NCBI GenBank assembly: GCA_001643675.2
Contig: LSRY02000008.1
Location: forward strand, 1,550,001 to 1,614,000
From: Monocercomonoides exilis PA203
Taxonomy: Eukaryota > Protista > Preaxostyla
Reading direction: 5' to 3'
DNA: 64,000 nucleotides
Every line of letters begins with the position of its first letter. Within the stretch, counting starts at the first letter, position 1. The translations under genes were made by a program, and so were the position numbers. The notes under the pieces were generated by a model. That model made no database searches and had not been told where the DNA came from. It saw nothing but the letters and a program-made list of their open reading frames with translations. Positions 60,981-64,000 of the stretch are shown piece by piece.

Positions 60981-61709
60981 CACGAGAGAAGACGCCATTT
61001 ACTTTGGTTGGCACGACAGCTGGGGTAAGTGGAATGATGGGTACGTAGATGTATTTTTGGTATGAATCATTTGAGAATTTATAAGATAGCAGCACAAGCA
61101 TTTAAGAGGCGAATGATTTTTATTGGAATAAGGCTGTGTGAAAAGGGAGGTATATCAACAGGAAAAAATAAGCTAACTTTATTACAAATAGCAAATAGAA
61201 TATTTTTTTTCTTTTGAAAAAGGAGGAGAGCGAGAAAGGAGAGCTCTGTTTTACGAGCCATTGTTATTTTATCTGAATTTATTTATTAAACAGCCAGCAG
61301 ATCTGCTTGCTGATAACTTTGATTTCAACTTCTAAAATTTATGTTTTTGATAAGACCGATTGTATTTTCCATGATTCATTTGACTCAAGGTGATATTAAT
61401 TTGATAAACGGTGATTAATTATTTGCTTCTTTAAAAAGGCGTGGGCTAAGTTCTGTACTATGCGCTATATCCTGACCTTGTTCTCATAAAAGCGATTATT
61501 AAGATCATGATTCTGTGTAAATCTATTGCAATCTCCTTCAATGAGTTGATGTTACACATCACAACAATATTTTTTTCTGGTGATATTTTTTTTTATATTT
61601 TTTTGCCTTCTGGAAGATAATGTCAGAATTATATTAGTGACTTTTTTTTTCCTTTTATTATTATTATTATTATTATTAATTTTCATTTAAAAATTTTTTG
61701 AATATATAT

Positions 61710-61964
61710 AGGTAATTATTTTTCAAATCATAACTTTTATCGGTGTGTTGAATATCCAAAGGTTTCTCGTCATTAGCCAAATAATTTTCATCTGAATGTT
61801 GAATGCATGTCAATTATTACAAAAGCCAAAGCTAGATACGAAAAAATAGTAGAGGCGTCATAAAACGGATCCATCACTTTTTAGTGTTCATTTATGAATA
61901 CTCAAAACAAATATTCAAACCGAAATTTTTAACAGAAATAATTTGATTTCAAAAAAGATAACCC
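61710..61964. mobile_element. MITE family A copy (255 bp)
   Basis: aggtaattatttttcaaatcataactttt ... ttgatttcaaaaaagataaccc, TA-flanked. Confidence 0.7.
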
Positions 61965-64000
61965 ATAATATATACGCAAATATCTTTGAAATATGATGTG
62001 ACATTGTATGTGAAAATTAATTTTTATCATTTCTATCTTTTCAAAAAGATCTTCAAAATAATGTTTTTGTTTTATTTTTATGATCAAAGACATGCTTGTA
62101 TTCCCACAAGCTTTGTGTTTCTGTTGTTTTAAATGTTATCATTGTTGACATATTCACGATTTCAAAATTCAAAATTACAGGGTGGTCCATATTTCTTTGC
62201 AAAAATATTAAAAAATGGGAAATCAAAAATAAAAATATCAAAAAATATTCGATAAAACTGAATTTTGTTTGTTAATCGGTTTGTAAACTGATCAAATACA
62301 TGATAAGCTTCAATATGTTAAAGTTTGGAGCTTCCAGATATTTGAACAATTTGTTCCTGGAATACAAAAATTTTTCTGAAAATTTCAACAGATATGATTT
62401 TTCAATGGTTTGATAGTTGGAAAAGGTGATTGCAATTTGTAACGACTCATAAAGGTGATTATTTTTATGAAAAATGTTTTTTAACAAAAATTAAAATACC
62501 ATATTTTATTATTTTAACAAAATATTATGGACCACCCTATATTTTCTCTTTTTAATCTGTTTTCCCCCTTCATTTTTCTCATTTCACGTGAAACATGAAA
62601 AATTGAATAACCTTCACAGATGGAAATGACTGAGATATTTTCTTTTCGACAATATGAGTATTGTCGAGTTCTTCAACACATTTTTCAATATCTTTTTAGT
62701 GTTTGACAGATTCGATGGTTAAAGAGAAAAATAAACCCAACATCACCATTATCCGATTCGAGAGCTAAATGTTTTTATTATTAATTTTTCACAATCTCAA
62801 AAACTAAGGAACTTAATTTATGATTTCATAATAACAAAAGATATCGAATAATAATTTTTTGTTCAACTTAAGTTGCATTTCAATTCTTTCCGATTTTTTC
62901 CCAAAAGATTTTTATTTTCTGACAAACTGCTGCTTAATGCGATGTCATTATCAACAAATAAATAATTTGAAATGATTATTTTTATTAATACATAAAACAC
63001 TCGAATGCTTATCCAAAATGAATTAATTATTTCTGGAAACTTTCTTTTTATCTGTCAAAAGGGATTAATGTATTTTTCTTTTTATGAATTGATTGATTTT
63101 CCAATTTTTTTTTTATTTTTCTAAAATGGAACTTTTCAAAACGAACCACAGTAACATCTCTATATTTTTCACGTAACAGAAATAATGAGAAATTGGAAAA
63201 ATAATCAGATCAAAAGAAGATGATGATATTTATCCCTTTTGACAGATAAAAAGGATTTTTCCAGAAATAATTAATTCATTTTGGATAAGCATTCGAGTGT
63301 TTTATGTATTAATAAAAATTAACTTTTCAAATTATTTATTTGTTGATAATGGCATCGCATTAAGCAGCAGTCTGTCAGAAAACAAAAATTTCTTGGAAAA
63401 AAATCGGAAAGAATTGAAATGCAACTTAAGTTGAACAAAAAACTATTATTCGATATCTTTTGTTATTATGAAATCATAAATTAAGTTCCTTAGTTTTTGA
63501 GATTGTGAAAAATTAATAATAAAAACATTTAGCTCTCGAATCGGATAATGGTGATGTTGGGTTTATTTTTCTCTTTAACCATCGAATCTGTCAAACACTA
63601 AAAAGATATTGAAAAATGTGTTGAAGAACTCGACAATACTCATATTGTCGAAAAGAAAATATCTTAGTCATTTCCATCTGTGAAGGTTATTCAATTTTTC
63701 ATTTTTCACGTGAAATGAGAAAAATGAAGGGGGAAAACAGATTGAAAAGAGAAAATAATTTTGAATTTTGAAATCGTGAATATGTCAACAATGATAACAT
63801 TTAAAACAACAGAAACACAAAGCTTGTGGGAATACAAGCATGTCTTTGATCATAAAAATAAAACAAAAACATTATTTTGAAGATCTTTTTGAAAAGATAG
63901 AAATGATAAAAATTAATTTTCACATACAATGTCACATCATATTTCAAAGATATTTGCGTATATATTATGGGTTATCTTTTTTGAAATCAAATTATTTCTG
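61933..64000. repeat. palindrome P5 (centre ~63148, runs off the window end; arms more diverged; MITE in the left arm only)
   Basis: 63961-64000 is the reverse complement of 61933-61972, and 63001 pairs with 63296. Scattered substitutions separate the arms. Confidence 0.9.
62178..62539. mobile_element. Tc1/mariner-type MITE, 362 bp, TA target-site duplication
   Basis: TA|CAGGGTGGTCCATA ... TATGGACCACCCTA|TA. The mirror arm of P5 has the empty site with a single TA (63756-63757). Confidence 0.9.

Noticed and set aside
498-64000. Whole structure as a pure assembly/MDA foldback artefact
   Set aside because: Not favoured: arms differ by clustered substitutions and a precise MITE insertion, centres are imperfect hairpins, and one centre is a MITE. 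Still needs read-level confirmation.
1-64000. tRNA or rRNA genes
   Set aside because: None recognisable by eye.

Overview
AT-rich eukaryotic DNA. The gene families look like those of the oxymonad Monocercomonoides; this is recognition from memory, not a database result. The window holds 12 copies (7 distinct paralogs, A-G) of a Cys/Gly-rich right-handed beta-helix (pectin-lyase-fold / Pmp-like GGA(I)-FxxC repeat) protein. They sit in a chain of five giant, partly overlapping palindromes: P1 498-8457, P2 7355-27197, P3 26974-31762, P4 41441-60328, and P5 from <=61933 to beyond the window end. Every palindrome centre lies 1-4 kb downstream of a beta-helix gene and has a short spacer. The spacer is an imperfect hairpin in P1, P3, P4 and P5 and only weakly symmetric in P2; the P3 centre is exactly one 255-bp MITE. 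The outer ends of P2, P3 and P4 fall inside conserved blocks of the genes and create chimeric paralogs. A ~430-codon core (FNISTAN...KKISVIG) is open in 11 of 12 copies (one has a homopolymer frameshift), while the homologous 5' and 3' flanks are decayed. Paralogs also share patchwork near-identical tracts. Together this suggests an undescribed palindrome/gene-conversion-driven cassette archive that diversifies a surface beta-helix protein. Also present: a TTAA-flanked piggyBac-like element carrying captured gene fragments, a Tc1/mariner-type MITE with filled and empty sites in the two arms of P5, further MITE families, pseudogenes of another expanded family, and microsatellites. Assembly artefact cannot be fully excluded without reads.
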